Assembly (NCBI RefSeq): GCF_964204645.1 | Contig: NC_134030.1 | Location: 5,746,778 to 5,810,777 of the forward strand | DNA length: 64,000 nt | Direction of reading: 5' to 3' | Source of the DNA: Tubulanus polymorphus | Lineage: Eukaryota > Animalia > Nemertea | Part shown: positions 1 through 12,749 of the stretch, piece by piece | Layout: each line of letters begins with the position of its first letter | Position numbering within the stretch: position 1 is the stretch's first letter | Notes under the pieces: generated by a model | Told to the model about the DNA's origin: nothing | Database searches by the model: none | Seen by the model: only the letters and a program-made list of their open reading frames with translations | Translations under genes and position numbers: made by a program

Positions 1-799
1 TCATCCTGCCTGAAACGTCTCATCCTGAGACTGAAACGTCACATCTTTTGAAACTTCCAATAATAGATTTTGTTTTTAAATCTTAGATTGGTATGTGTAT
101 ATATAGCGCGCTTTTGATTTTGCTTTATTTTTAGTTAGTTTTGAAATCATCTTCGTTGGATGAAAATTAGGCATAGTTAGATCGGTTTCGTAGCAATTTC
201 AGCTAGTGAAAAAACATTTTACTTTTCCGTCATAATCAAATTACAATTCAAGTCATTATACTTAGTAAAATGAAAAGCCTGATCTAGATAAACCTACAAG
301 AGAATATTCGCATGAGTTTTCTTAATTTCTTGTATGATTTACATAAGTAAATGATACCCCGTGCTGTGATCACGCTGACTACATATGTCTCTACTCTATA
401 GGTGGGGCTAATTGCCATTTCAAACACAGATGCCTGAGTGATATACGCGCGCGCGTGAGACAGGAAGCAAGGCGATCTGATTAAATCGAAGTATACGCGA
501 TTTTAGAAGTCGACAAATGCATCGTTCGTGCGTGTGGAATTGTCTAAAATCTGCATCCATTGACTACGAAACTTGCTTGCGCAAAACAGTACAACCTATC
601 TGATTCATTCGTCAAACAATCAACAGCGTGATGAGCTTTAAAGTTGAATCGAATAAGACAGCGATCAGGTTTTCGTCACAGGAATGTATTTGAGCCGAGA
701 AATAATGTTTTTTTTTGTGAAATATATTCGTAGAGCGAAATTAGCCTTAGAAGAATATTGTTTCGGCGGTTGAGGAATTTCTGATTTCAAATATTCGAA

Positions 800-1849
800 A
801 TGTCGAATGTAACGCGCTTTCGAACTTATTGGATGGAATATATGAAACATTTCCCCACGAAAGAGACGTCAGAAGGCGCTCGGCGGCTTTTCCTTTGGGG
901 ATTTCCAATATTGCTACTGCTGGGTAGTTTTGGTAATGTGACGTCATTCGTGGTTATGCTGTCGAGTAACATGCGCCGGAAGTCGTACAGCCGTTATTTG
1001 GCGATGCTTGCCGTAACCGACCAAATCGTCCTAAGCGCGTCGCTGATAGTTTGGTTAAACTTCATCGGTATCGAGGTGACCGGCGATCTGTTAGTTATTT
1101 TCATGTCGAGGACTGGATGCTTGCTAGTCGAATACGTGTTCTTCACAGCTGTCACGTTGAGCACTTGGATCATATGCGTTATATCACTGGAAAGACTTAT
1201 CGCTGTGAATAGCCCCCTGGCGGTGAAACGCACCATTACTCCACGCATCACTAACCTAATTATGTTTATGATCGTCTCCTTTTCGTGTATGACGACGAGT
1301 TACGTGCTTTTTCTGATAGATTTCGATGACGATTTCGGCTGCTATTACGATCTTCACTCGTACAAACTTAACTTTATATTCGCCTCATCGCTGTTGATGC
1401 ACGTACCCGCTTCTTTGGTGTTCATTTTCAACGTTTCGATCATAGCGATCTTAAAGAAAAAGTCGAAATTCGGAACGAGCAGAATCCGGAGGTCCGAGGC
1501 GTTACACGCTACTCTGATATTGTCGACTGTATCAGTTATGTTTTTGGTAATGACTCTACCACTCGGAATAGCGGCCTTATTGCTCGCCATCCGATCTGAC
1601 TGGAAGGCGACTCTGGGAGTCATATATGACTACGGTCGCACGGTATACTGCATCAACTTCGCCATTAATTTCTACATATATCTGACAGGGCGAGAGGTGC
1701 GCGAAGCTCTTCTCAAGCTTATTTTTCCTAAATGGAGTAGTAAACGCAGAATTTCGAACGAACGATGTATTAGTTCAAACGGCGAATCGGGCGCCAGAGT
1801 CAGGAACCAGATATCAGATTCACTTGCGATGGAAACAACATATATGTAA
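800..1849 (+). CDS. Intronless rhodopsin-like (class A) GPCR, FMRFamide-receptor-like/orphan peptide-receptor group, 349 aa
   Basis: Seven hydrophobic segments. Motifs: TM1 LLGSFGN, TM2 YLAMLAVTD, Cys at the top of TM3 (TGCLL), DRY variant SLERLIAV, ECL2 Cys (FGCYY), TM6 FLVMTLP, TM7 NFAINFYIY (NPxxY variant NFxxY typical of this group). N-glycosylation sequon NVT at the N-terminus. Confidence 0.93.
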   Translation: MSNVTRFRTYWMEYMKHFPTKETSEGARRLFLWGFPILLLLGSFGNVTSFVVMLSSNMRRKSYSRYLAMLAVTDQIVLSASLIVWLNFIGIEVTGDLLVIFMSRTGCLLVEYVFFTAVTLSTWIICVISLERLIAVNSPLAVKRTITPRITNLIMFMIVSFSCMTTSYVLFLIDFDDDFGCYYDLHSYKLNFIFASSLLMHVPASLVFIFNVSIIAILKKKSKFGTSRIRRSEALHATLILSTVSVMFLVMTLPLGIAALLLAIRSDWKATLGVIYDYGRTVYCINFAINFYIYLTGREVREALLKLIFPKWSSKRRISNERCISSNGESGARVRNQISDSLAMETTYM

Positions 1850-4800
1850 GAACAAAATTGTAAAAAAAGAAAAGAAACGAATGTCCCCCGAAGGCGAACT
1901 ATTTCTCCGGTTAGTATTCAAATCTAGGATTTGGCGAATTTGACATTCGTTTCTTCCAGCGAGAATTGTGTTTTGAATTAAATCTCCATCGTGCAATATA
2001 TTGTAAATCAAGATCAATCTGATTTTATCGGTATCACGTGCAAGCGATATATATTGAAGTGCCTTTTAAAAATGAGATGTCGGATGTTTTTAATTGTTCT
2101 TTTAACGTAATACGTTAGGGTCTATGTGTTGAACTTGAGGTTCTATATTGCCTCTCATTTCCTCATATACCTAAACCCCACATAAAATGTCTGATATTCT
2201 AACATACGCATGTTATCTATATATTTCCTGTTAAGATATTTTGACACATGGAAATTGTGTCGTTTGCTCTTGGTGAATATAAATCGGCCGTTACTTTTGG
2301 AAGCGACGTTTTGATTGGTTCGTTTGCAACCGTCATTCAAGTCGCTGAACGAGCTGTTTATTAACTTCACTATCTCAGATTCTTCCGAATAAACGGAGTT
2401 AATTAAACATTCGTACTAACTAAGCTTATATTATACATAACATTCACTCGATCAACTAGCCATATTTCACCATTAAGATAGGTTATTTTTGTCCGTCATT
2501 ATCCCCTGTCCAACACAAATGAGAACTAACGAGTAGAAGTCATTACGAAATGTTCTATTAATCTGTTCGTTAGCACTTCATTTCATTAGTGCTTCTTGCC
2601 AATTCAAGCTATCCATCAACCAAGTCATAATTTCCCATCGAACCGGTAATGAACATGTTCGCCGTTTCGTTATCTATTCCGCTCGACGTTCGAAGGAGGC
2701 CCGATATTGATAACGAACGGCGTCGTATTATCAGTCTTCCTATTGTGCCCTCTTGACGTGGAATATCCGTCATTGGTCGATTGGAGCGATTAGTACGCGT
2801 CACTGAGCGCGTGATACGGTCAATCTCGGTAGTCATTGTTTTCGCGCATGGCCGCCGCATCTTAATGCGCGCGTAGGAAATGAAAAAAGCTGAAATTAAT
2901 TAACGTTTACGGAGAAAATGTGTAGCTCAACACGTTTTTGATGGGTAAAGTAGATACGGCAAATCGGTAAAATCAATTGCAATGTCTGAAAGAATTAGGA
3001 AGTAGCAAACAGCATATTTTAGCATTTTATTTGTTAGCAGGCTTCGATTTTTAGGGGATTAACAATATCGATGATTAAAGATTTGCCATTACTAGAGGAA
3101 GGGATTGCCCCTTGCACACACATTGCCATAAAACATTTGGTATTTCGTTCTAGAATTGTATTTCGCGACGAAAAGCTAATATATTTTGTTGCCGACATTG
3201 AAAAGAAAACTTCAGCATTTTTAAGGGGCTGAGCAAATCTGTTCACCGTAGACTTTAACAACTTCAACAACTTTAGAAACGTACGTTTGTATGATTTCTT
3301 CTCACGACTGTGATCGTATCTTAAACATCGGAACGGTCACATATATATTAGCTCATATTACTTATTGACTAATAATAATAAGCATCCGGCGAGACACCGT
3401 TAAGTGTAACAGGTCATAACATGGCGTAAAATCGACATTGTTTTTTTTTTGATAACGCCAATTAACGGGGACGTTTTCATCAACACGTTAACTATAGAAA
3501 ATCAAAAGACGTCGGCGGCCACAGTAATTACTACGAGGCAGGGAAATGTCTATTTTTAGATGCGCAACTGTGCTTAACAAGCTGATTAACGGCGCAACGG
3601 GAGCATGTGCAAAGCAAAATTCATTTTTTTGTCTTTATTACCGCCGTCACCATGTATATTCGCATTCGATGACAAACGTCTTATCACGATTTGAGACTTG
3701 TGGCGGCCGTATGCGTGGTAATTGTTTGAAATGAAAAACAGTTATTCTACGGTTTAAGTCGTTTTACGACTCCACGACATGGCTTTTTCCCGAACATGCA
3801 GTTCGGAGAACTCAAATCATACTGCTTTTATGTGTAAATCATACACTTCCCCTTATGTTTTGTAAACGTAATATGTACAAGTCCTCGTCGTTCGGTATAG
3901 CCTACGTAGTTGCGTTGGAAATATCTAATTATCTCGCGTTTGTTAATACAAATAAAAAATAAAATGTGAAGTAATAAATAATGAACGAAAACGAAAAATT
4001 AGATCATTTAGCATAGGTGCATTTGGAATTTTTTATTAGCTTGCGCTTATGAATACACACACGAAAACGATATATGAAAGCCGGCATCCCGTAATTTATA
4101 TGAAGCAGTCGTATACACAAGATCGCACAAACTGAAAGCACCAAATTAGTTCTGTCTTGTTCGCTAAGGACTTATAACAAGAAAAACTAATCAACCGATA
4201 TTTTTCGCGAAGTGCGTACAGATTAATTCATATATAAATCTGCACTGATTTTCATCGAAGAAAGCCAATGATCAATATGTCACCTAACGTACATACGGCG
4301 TGTCTCGGCGTCCGTCGCATCGACAAAACCCTGGTGACGGTATAACTTCTTGGCGAACGGTTGGTTCTACACTGGCTCCTCTCCCCGTCAACGGGAAAAA
4401 AAGAAAACCTCGTGCTCAGTACTCAGATTGTTGAGAGAATGAAAAAATATACCACATCACTATAATCCACAACTGGTTGGCGAAATTCACAACGAATACG
4501 ATTGCAATATCAGTTTGAATATATTTTAGGGTAAGTGTTCGTTTTTAGCAGTCCTTGTCGTTACATAAGTTTCATGTTCTGCTCGGTTTGTGTCTAGTCT
4601 ACTGTGATGTACGACAAGGCAACAATGATTAAGTCTATTTCAAATTTTCGGTTTGACTGCATCCGGCATTAACGAATGCGATGCCTGTTGCGCCAAGATA
4701 TCGAGTATCAAGTAGCCAGAAAGTCTACAGACTAGCTTATGTCGGGCCGCGATAATGTTACGATCGAACCCCATTTTACGGGTATCGTGACTCAACCGTA

Positions 4801-5652
4801 CGAATAGTGATACTTCGTTTTAAGCTAATTATTAATCTCGATAAGTTGGATGGAATGACCTTCGTATTAATCTTTCTCAATCGCAGTAATACATTCAATG
4901 AATTCGTGCGTGAGTTCTTACTATATATAACGATAACTTTCGTTTCAAAAATCTAGTTCTCTTCCGTAAGAATTACTACGAAAGAAATGACAATTGTTTA
5001 CCAAGAGCCAGACAAATTGGCTCATAAAATTGCACGAACGAACGAACGCGCGGTAATCATTTTCACGGAAACGGACGACCTCTTGCATGTGTAAATCGGC
5101 TCACAACCCGCGAGAGAGATGTCACCCCATCCAAATCTTCTTAGATCGATCCTAACTCGCTGGTTGGTTACTACACCTCGGAATAAGTACGGTAACTTAC
5201 TCCAAGGTAAGCAGATAGATCATACCTGAACGTAAACAAGCTCTCAGCGAGCGCGATCGTCGTAAAACATGGGAGCAATCGTTTGGTGACATGTTAATCA
5301 CTCTACTACTACTACAGGTAGTAGACTTCTAAACGATAGACGGTGAAATAATGGCATGATAAATTTGCGGTACGTTTATAAATCACCTTTTTAACTACAG
5401 AAATATTAATGTATTTTTTTTCTTCACAATCACCTGATGTGAGGACAACACATTACTCACGCAATTCATCTCCTTCTCTCTCTCACTCTCTCGACTCCCA
5501 AATAAGCTCATTCATTTCCGCATCTGCAATTTAGTGTCATTCGAGATTATTGCAAATTTATTCACGGAATAATGAAGCTTGAGTAATTGTTTTTTTTTTG
5601 TACATCGCAGTCGTGTTTTGTTGTAAATTTAGGGTTACGTTCATAACAGACG

Positions 5653-5860
5653 GATAGATTGAATACAGTCGGAAAACACGATCCCAGTGTTTGAATTGGT
5701 CTTGAAAAATTGATTTATCTTCAAATCAGTCACAAAATATCTTATTATTACGTTATTTTCTAGAATACATACCACACCTATTTAATCATACATCAATATG
5801 AATCTAATGTATCTCGCTTAAAAATCGAAGGTCAATTTTTCGATTACATCATTTTCATCG
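5653..5860 (+). repeat. Diverged local direct repeat, copy 1 (~210 bp)
   Basis: Aligns colinearly with 6332-6545. Shared blocks include gatagattgaata, ggtcttgaaaa(a)ttgatttatcttca, ctagaat, aaaaatcgaag and ttttcgattacatcatttt. Confidence 0.85.
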
Positions 5861-6331
5861 CGCGATCGGTGGTTGATACAATTTACAGTCGTTGAACTAG
5901 AAATCTTCATAATTCAAACATTCCAAATTTCCAGGGCCAGTTGTAGAAATTTTCAGCCTAAGTTCTAGGTCCCCTATCCTTCCTTTAGGTGGAATAAGTT
6001 AGAAAAGATAATGAATAATTTCAAAAAGTGTATTCTCTGGTTTACCAATATTCGCAACCCCCAAACGTCATGAGTCACTTTAAAAATGTATATATTTGAC
6101 AGCACTATGTAATCTAATCTGTGATATTTTGTTTTTACTTTCTTATTCAGTTTCTTTCTCTTTATTCTACGTTCTTTCTTTTCTAGGGCTGCTTTCTTGT
6201 ACAAAAAAGAAAACAGTTGTTTCAAGTCGGTCTCTCATTTGATATCATTAAATTTTTAATGTTTGTACTGTTTATTCATTAATTCAAAAATTTCATGTGG
6301 AATTAAAGTAAATCGTGTTACGTAAGAGGTA

Positions 6332-6545
6332 GATAGATTGAATATAGGATATACAGTCGAAAAACAGGATCCACGAGAAGTGTTTGCAGCGGTCTTGAAA
6401 ATTGATTTATCTTCATATCAATAACAAAAATCGAATCGTATTATTTGCTAGAATGAATATCACGCTATTTCATCATATATCAATATATATCTAGGTATTT
6501 CGCAAAAAAATCGAAGATCTAGTTTTCGATTACATCATTTTATCG
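6332..6545 (+). repeat. Diverged local direct repeat, copy 2
   Basis: Colinear match to 5653-5860 with substitutions and small indels. Confidence 0.85.
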
Positions 6546-9451
6546 GGGTATTTTGCTATCGGAGCCGTTAGCATCAACGGATGAGCTCGCACGTCGACGT
6601 CATTCACGTAGCGACTCGCTTCCAACCTATCGACAACCAGCATGTACCGGAAATATCGTGACGTCGGAACAAGTGCGCGAAATTCACGCGTTCTGTAATA
6701 TAAGATATAAAGTGGATGCACAGCGACGTTAGGGAGATATTCACAGTCAACAACTCGAAGGAAATCATTCGACTTTGATCGATGGATCGGGAGTAGTATT
6801 TAACGTTTTTTCTCATTTGGTAGCTATTTGGTCTCTGCGCGGTAAGTATATCGTAAGACTTTCAGGCGATGCGCTATTTTATTGACGACGCGTTTTTGAC
6901 ACGAATCAATTAAATGATCGATCGGCTTGAGAAAAGCCGTTTAACTGTAGTGAAGTTTTGAGTTGTTAGCGCGAAAATTCGAAAATACACACAAGCTGTT
7001 CGCGCAGATTGTTAGGGATGAGGATTTCCCAGTTAAAACCATTAATCACGTGGCAATCAACATCATTATCGATTCTGTACTAGCGAATCCTATTTTAAAA
7101 AGCTCTAAAAGCTTTTTCAATTCAAAAGCTGCTTCAATTGAAACATGAATAAACTTGGTCAATAAAGATTTATGGCGAGCGACATAAAAGTAGGACTTTT
7201 TCGACAAAAACACGAACACGAGCATCACAGTTACTATCAATAAATTGTCGTTCGCCGGTTGTACTATTCTAATGCTGATTGCTGTTTATGCTGTTTTCGT
7301 TTTCCTGCCGAAATTCGAGAATTAGCGATCGATGTCGATTTGCAGGTCTACGATAATAAAAGATATATTTATAATCCAAACATTAGACAGAAGCGTTTTT
7401 CAATTTTAAAAAAATCTATGTCACTATTTAGCAATGTTTCATCTTTGTATTAACTTCTATATGAACTATAAGACCCGGACTTGGAGATACTTCTCAACAT
7501 GTTGTAAAAAGAAAATAGACATATGTATCAAATATGTATGTTAAGCAGTTAGTATTGTCCTCATAATATCAATCACATCTATTGACAATAGATAGATTTA
7601 TCTTTCGAATTCTACCGTAAGGTTTCTTGCCGCGAATGATTGGATCCCTAGAGGCTGATCGATCCAATCAGTAACTTGCGAGACAAACGGAGAAATCCGC
7701 GAGCTCGCAAAACAAGTCTAATTTACTTTTTCATTTTCCATGGCAGGAATAAATGGATATCGTAGCATATCGTGGCATATTGAATTATCGGCGAGTTTAG
7801 GCCAATAATCTAATGATTTAATTGCGAACACATGCATCGTAGGATGGTTCAGTGGAATATCTGACCGCAGCTATTTCTAAATGTTTAAGACAGTTATTAC
7901 CAATAAGAATGGATCGCTAATGTATTAGATACGGCAAAAATGTCGATGCAGACTTGAGCGGGGTAAACTTCCATAGAAAGTGTGGCCGCGTGTAATTCCA
8001 TTTAATACAAGTCAATAATTTCTTAATGTAATCGACGTCATTGTATTTCTCACTACAATTCACCATTTCTACAAGAGTTTTGTACGGAATACGCCGAACT
8101 GTTGATTGCTTCCTCACACGAAATTCATAACACGTTCAGTTCAAACTTCGTAGGCAATAGGTGGGTGTGACGTTAAACACTGGCGCAGAGTGGAAACGTA
8201 TGCAAAAGAAATATGCTTAATAATTCAGTTGCATTTCGCTGTTATTCTTTTTGTTGATGGTTATATGATATTCTTGATATCGATCTGTGCGGGTATGCGA
8301 CAATTTCGTGACAATTTCTATTAATATTCGCCGACGAGTTATAAAGATAAGCCGCCTCTCAATATGAACCGTGAATCTAGTTACCTTAGAGATAACTGAT
8401 GGCACCCGGGTTTAAACTACATCCGATTATCATCAGGCATATCGTAAGTGCGAATTCATTTCAAACTAAAAAGCTCACTCTAGCAAGAGTCTTTTTTGTT
8501 GCGATCGTCGCGTCGTGGCCACTATGTGAAAATGAAGCTTTTCGACAGTCAGACGGTCACGCACAACGATAAGAGCGAATGCCAAGAATAACGGAAATTA
8601 TGACGATCAACGGGAAGAAATATTTATTTTCTATCAAAGGGTCATCTGAATAAGGAATCGAGGAATAAATACATTCATGTCGTTATCACACGGTAGGGTC
8701 TTTCTGGTAATCTTTGCCTTTTGATCTATTCATTTCTTATGCCGCGCTTACGTAAAGAAATAAGTCATCATTTGTTTTAAGACCGCTATCCCGATTATTT
8801 TCTTGTCTCATCTGCGTCGCACGCCCGAAGCGATAATAGTCGTTCGTCTGACATTGACGACGGGGCCATAAAATGTATACTAGCTCTTAGCTATCTCTGG
8901 AGGTTACGGGTGTTTCTATGCTGGATTCGTTCTGTTGTTTTGAATAATTGTAATTTCAAGCTAGCAGATAGTAACTAGTATCTGCATCAATGAACCTCTG
9001 GGTTATTACTATAATTTCTATCATATACTTGCCAATGTCCTTTGTCTTCTACGCAACATGAAAGTCCTTATTTATGTGACGTCACATCGTGTCTTAATGT
9101 CTGTCAAGCACAAACTATTTGAATCAAAAGTCGCATTTGACCGTTATTTTTACAGTCAATATGACGCATGTTCACATCAAGAGTGAATACGATCATAGAC
9201 TACAGCAGGTCTACGATTTCTTGGAAATGTTTGAGAGATATAAGTTCTGCGGATTAGTTTCGTTGGATGAAAAAGGCTTTCACGGTTTTGAAAGCCGAAG
9301 TGCCTTGCTTTTAACCCGGCTATCCGTGTCAACAACCCGGGGATTCCGCGGTAGATGAAAGCTGTTGGAAGCCATATGAAGCAACTCACGAATCAATTGA
9401 TTCGTAAAACCACACGAAATGGGTATACATCACACATTCACCACGCTACAT

Positions 9452-9739
9452 CAAGGGTGGAGCCAGGATTTTCAAAAGATGGGGGACCAGGGCACTGAAG
9501 GGCACAAAAGTAATCGCGAAAGGCACCCCAATGTGGCGAGCGCCTAAGGCACGAAGCCGTAAAATGGTGTGGGGCCCCTCCCCCGGAAATTTTTGAAATA
9601 TTGATGTTCTCCAAGGCTGTTTGATGGCTATCATGAGGGAATTCATATTTCCTTATCAAAATGAAAAATGAGGGGGGGGCACAAAACAAAATTCAGGGGG
9701 TACTATAGTCCCCCTGCACCTCTCCTGGATCCGCCCTTG
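9452..9739. mobile_element. Non-autonomous DNA transposon (MITE), GC-rich TIRs, possibly hAT-derived
   Basis: Left end CAAGGGTGGAGCCAGGA matches the reverse complement of the right end, CAAGGGCGGATCCAGGA (15/17), with an inner GGGGGAC on both arms. GC-rich island in AT-rich flanks. No clear TSD. Confidence 0.75.
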
Positions 9740-9991
9740 TTCACCCAGTTGATCCTCGAAAGCAGTGTTGTGTATCATCCTATTTCTTCCCCATTTAGTA
9801 ACATTTTGGATCAAAATAGCAAGTTTAAGTGGCGTGAAATCTTCAACACGAAACGGCCTCAGGAGAGCAAACAAACGCTGCTATAAATATCGAAATTTAT
9901 TAGAAGATAAGAATAAAATCGGGTGATTTTATTAGCATCGATGCAGCAAATTTAAAGAATATGCTGTGAATTAAATTTGAAAATAGAAATA

Positions 9992-10164
9992 CAGTCAGCC
10001 CTCGATATGCCGCCCACATCTGTGCAGGACGATTCGGCGGTATAGAGAGTATGGCGGAATATCGGGGATGTTTTACTATATTTGTATTGAGATGTACATT
10101 GAGAAAACCTGGCGGTAGGCGGGCGTAGCGGTATATGGGAGGGCCGTATATTGGGGGTTCACTC
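9992..10164. mobile_element. Tc1/mariner (pogo/Tigger-like) MITE
   Basis: TA on both flanks (9990-91, 10165-66). Left end CAGTCAGCCCTCGATATGCCGCC vs right-end reverse complement GAGTGAACCCCCAATATACGGCC (16/23). Internal GGCGGTATA-like subrepeats. Confidence 0.65.
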
Positions 10165-11221
10165 TAGTACGTAGGAAACGAACATGACGATTACATATAG
10201 ATTGTGATCGCTTGTAACGAATATCTATATCGTATATTATTAACGCTACGGGGTGTCCAATTGACAACACCTCGAAATTGGCTATTGGTTTCAGATAAGA
10301 TTATTTAACGCGTACACCAGACCGGTTTTTCGTGATATGTTATGATAATATTAACCTTTCCGCATATTCATTTACAGATTAGTTGGTATCAGTGATCGCC
10401 GCTGTGGGATGTCCATCAGTTAAAATGAAGTAAACTTCATACAAAACTCAAACTAAAATGTACTACGCTTAATGAATCTCAAGCTTGGTCGCAGAGACGA
10501 CACAAACAGCGAAAAACGATTTTCTGACGCCACAGACAGCAGTGAGGCAAGGACTTCAAGTTTACGTTGATGTTTTTTTTCATGAATTATCGGGAATAAT
10601 GATAGTGTCATCTATAAATTACATAAAACCATATAATGAACGAGATTATCGGTGCGCGCAACCGGACGTGACGTGTACGGTGATATAATAATACGGAAAC
10701 ACGCATCGGAGTAGTTACTCTGACAGTAATATTAGAAAGCGATGACACTCGACAATCAGGCGATTTCAACTCGCTGTATCAATTCAAAGTCAATAGTCTT
10801 CATCGATTATCACCGCCGGGAACTGCTTTAAACGTCAGGTGACAGGAAAATGTCGTACAGATATGCAGTTATTGACAGGGAAATCACAAGTCATCGTACA
10901 AAACGAGAATTCTTAATTACTATAGCAGACGAAACCAGACAAATCGCATGAATTGACGGCTCGCGTGGAACTTTCCGAACGATGAACACGCTAATAAATC
11001 GGTTGACACGGGTTTTTGCGATGTGCGTTTTCGTGCGGAGCGCAACGTGAATGATCACGTATCATGTTGAGTTTGGACTCAAAACAAACGAACACTGAAA
11101 TGATCAATATCTAGTCTAATGTTTTATGTAGAATTTCAAAGGAGCGTTCGATACTAATGCAAATGAATGTATTGGTGCAAATTTAGATGTTCCTTGTTCC
11201 GCTTAGTTTATTGTAATTCCC

Positions 11222-12289
11222 ATGGCGACCGTATCGCCGACTGAGATGCTGTCATCGACGGAAGGTTCGTCTGTCGAAACCGTGACCGCAAATTTCACAA
11301 GATCGTACAAAACATTCGTCGAATTTCAAGCGGCTTTTGTAATCAAAGTCATTTTGGGTAGCGTCATTATGTTGATGGGAACAACAGGGAATGTGCTATC
11401 GTTTTTGGTAATGCGGAGTCCAGAAATGAGGAAGTCCACAACGTCCACTTATCTGAGCGCCTTGTCCATCATGGATCTCGGAGTTTTGTACCTGGCCTGC
11501 TTGCCTGAAATGATATTCACAATCATGGGCTACCAGAGATACGATTATAGCAACTTCACGTGTAGATGGCTTCACTTTGTGGAGTTCGTAACGACGGATA
11601 CTTCCGCTTGGATTTTAATGTCGGTCTCGATAGAGCGGTTACTGTCCGTATTCAAACCATTTACTGTAAAACGCGTTTGTACGCACAAATCAGCTCTGAT
11701 TGTTGTAGTGGTGACTTTTGTCATCCTTTGTGGAGTGAATAGTCAACTGATCGTTTTGAAAGGTATCGGCCCCGACGGTTCGTGCGCCCCGTTACCGCAA
11801 TATATGGAATACTGGGAAAACGTCTGGTTGTGGTGGGATATGTGCAACTTCAGTATCCTTCCGTCGACTATTCTAACAGCTTGTAACGTCTCGATCATAA
11901 TAAAACTGAAATTCGCGACGAAAATCAAAGGAAGCCACAGCAAAAACAGCAAAATGTCCAGTAATACGATTATCATGATTTTGGTTACGATCGCTTTTTT
12001 CATGACGACATTCCCTAGTGTCCTGTTCCAAAATCTAAAACCTCTGTGGTACACAACCCAAGGCTACGAAAGGGCTAAAGACGAGCTGACTTGGGCTTTC
12101 TTCCTGATGTTGAGCTATATGAACAGCGCGATAAACTTTTTTCTATACTGTGTTAGTGGACGCCGATTTCGAACGCAGTTGTGTCTCGTGCTGCGCATAA
12201 AACCGTCTAGAGTCGAACCTGCCGCGCAATCAACGATCGGGGGTTGTGACGGCCAGCCAGGTACAACGGAGGATTTCTCTCACAGCTAA
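11222..12289 (+). CDS. Intronless class A GPCR, FMRFamide-receptor-like/GPR139-142-like orphan peptide receptor, 355 aa; paralog of 800-1849
   Basis: Ser/Thr-rich N-terminus with an NFT sequon. Motifs: TM1 MGTTGNVLS, TM2 YLSALSIMD, TM3 Cys (FTCRW), SIERLLSV, ECL2 Cys (GSCAP), TM5 Pro, TM6 FFMTTFP, TM7 NSAINFFLYC, helix 8 SGRRFR. AATAAA at ~12510. Confidence 0.95.
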   Translation: MATVSPTEMLSSTEGSSVETVTANFTRSYKTFVEFQAAFVIKVILGSVIMLMGTTGNVLSFLVMRSPEMRKSTTSTYLSALSIMDLGVLYLACLPEMIFTIMGYQRYDYSNFTCRWLHFVEFVTTDTSAWILMSVSIERLLSVFKPFTVKRVCTHKSALIVVVVTFVILCGVNSQLIVLKGIGPDGSCAPLPQYMEYWENVWLWWDMCNFSILPSTILTACNVSIIIKLKFATKIKGSHSKNSKMSSNTIIMILVTIAFFMTTFPSVLFQNLKPLWYTTQGYERAKDELTWAFFLMLSYMNSAINFFLYCVSGRRFRTQLCLVLRIKPSRVEPAAQSTIGGCDGQPGTTEDFSHS

Positions 12290-12749
12290 ACATACATGTA
12301 ACAGGTGTCTGATGCTGATGACAATTTACAATCGTAGTAGTTATTAGAAAAAAAATGTTAATAGTATCGTCCATCATTATTTTAAAGTCAATCAAATTCT
12401 AAAAAAGTGGTGTCCTAAGATGTGTCACACAAACAGTTTATTGTTACATGTACGTTATTTGAAATATGCCATGTTTGGTTGCGTTAACGTCATCGCATAA
12501 ATAACTGTCAATAAATATGTGAAACAGTGAACTGAATGTGAAAATTATTTTAAATTTTAGATTTCAGAAGATAGCATTCATTCCTTTATGCATTCATCAA
12601 AATACCGATGCATTTCAAAATAGTGAAATATTACGAAAAACACAATTTCTTCTTTGTAGTTTTGGATCTTTGTGTTTGATATAACGCCTTCGTGCGCACT
12701 GTGAAAATCTTTCAGGTAGTCAATGTATTTCATTATCACTCTCAGCATT

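Larger units (their letters stand above)
4531..6847 (+). promoter_or_regulatory. Candidate splice donors of non-coding (5' UTR) first exons, possibly of the 11222 GPCR
   Basis: Consensus donors G|GTAAGT at 4531, AAG|GTAAGC at 5207 and G|GTAAGT at 6842, with no coding frame. A good acceptor (ttccttgttccgcttag, AG 11205-11206) lies 15 nt before the GPCR ATG at 11222. The link between them is inferred. Confidence 0.3.

Noticed and set aside
1-46. Short tandem unit tcatcctg(cc/agac)tgaaacgtc
   Set aside because: Only about 2.3 copies at the window edge and no spacers, so it is not a CRISPR array.
9438-9886. Four overlapping ORFs
   Set aside because: They lie within or across a GC-rich MITE and have no transposase motifs.
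994-12054. Minus-strand ORFs overlapping the GPCRs (994-1251, 1354-1623, 11743-12054)
   Set aside because: Antisense shadows of strongly supported GPCR coding sequences.
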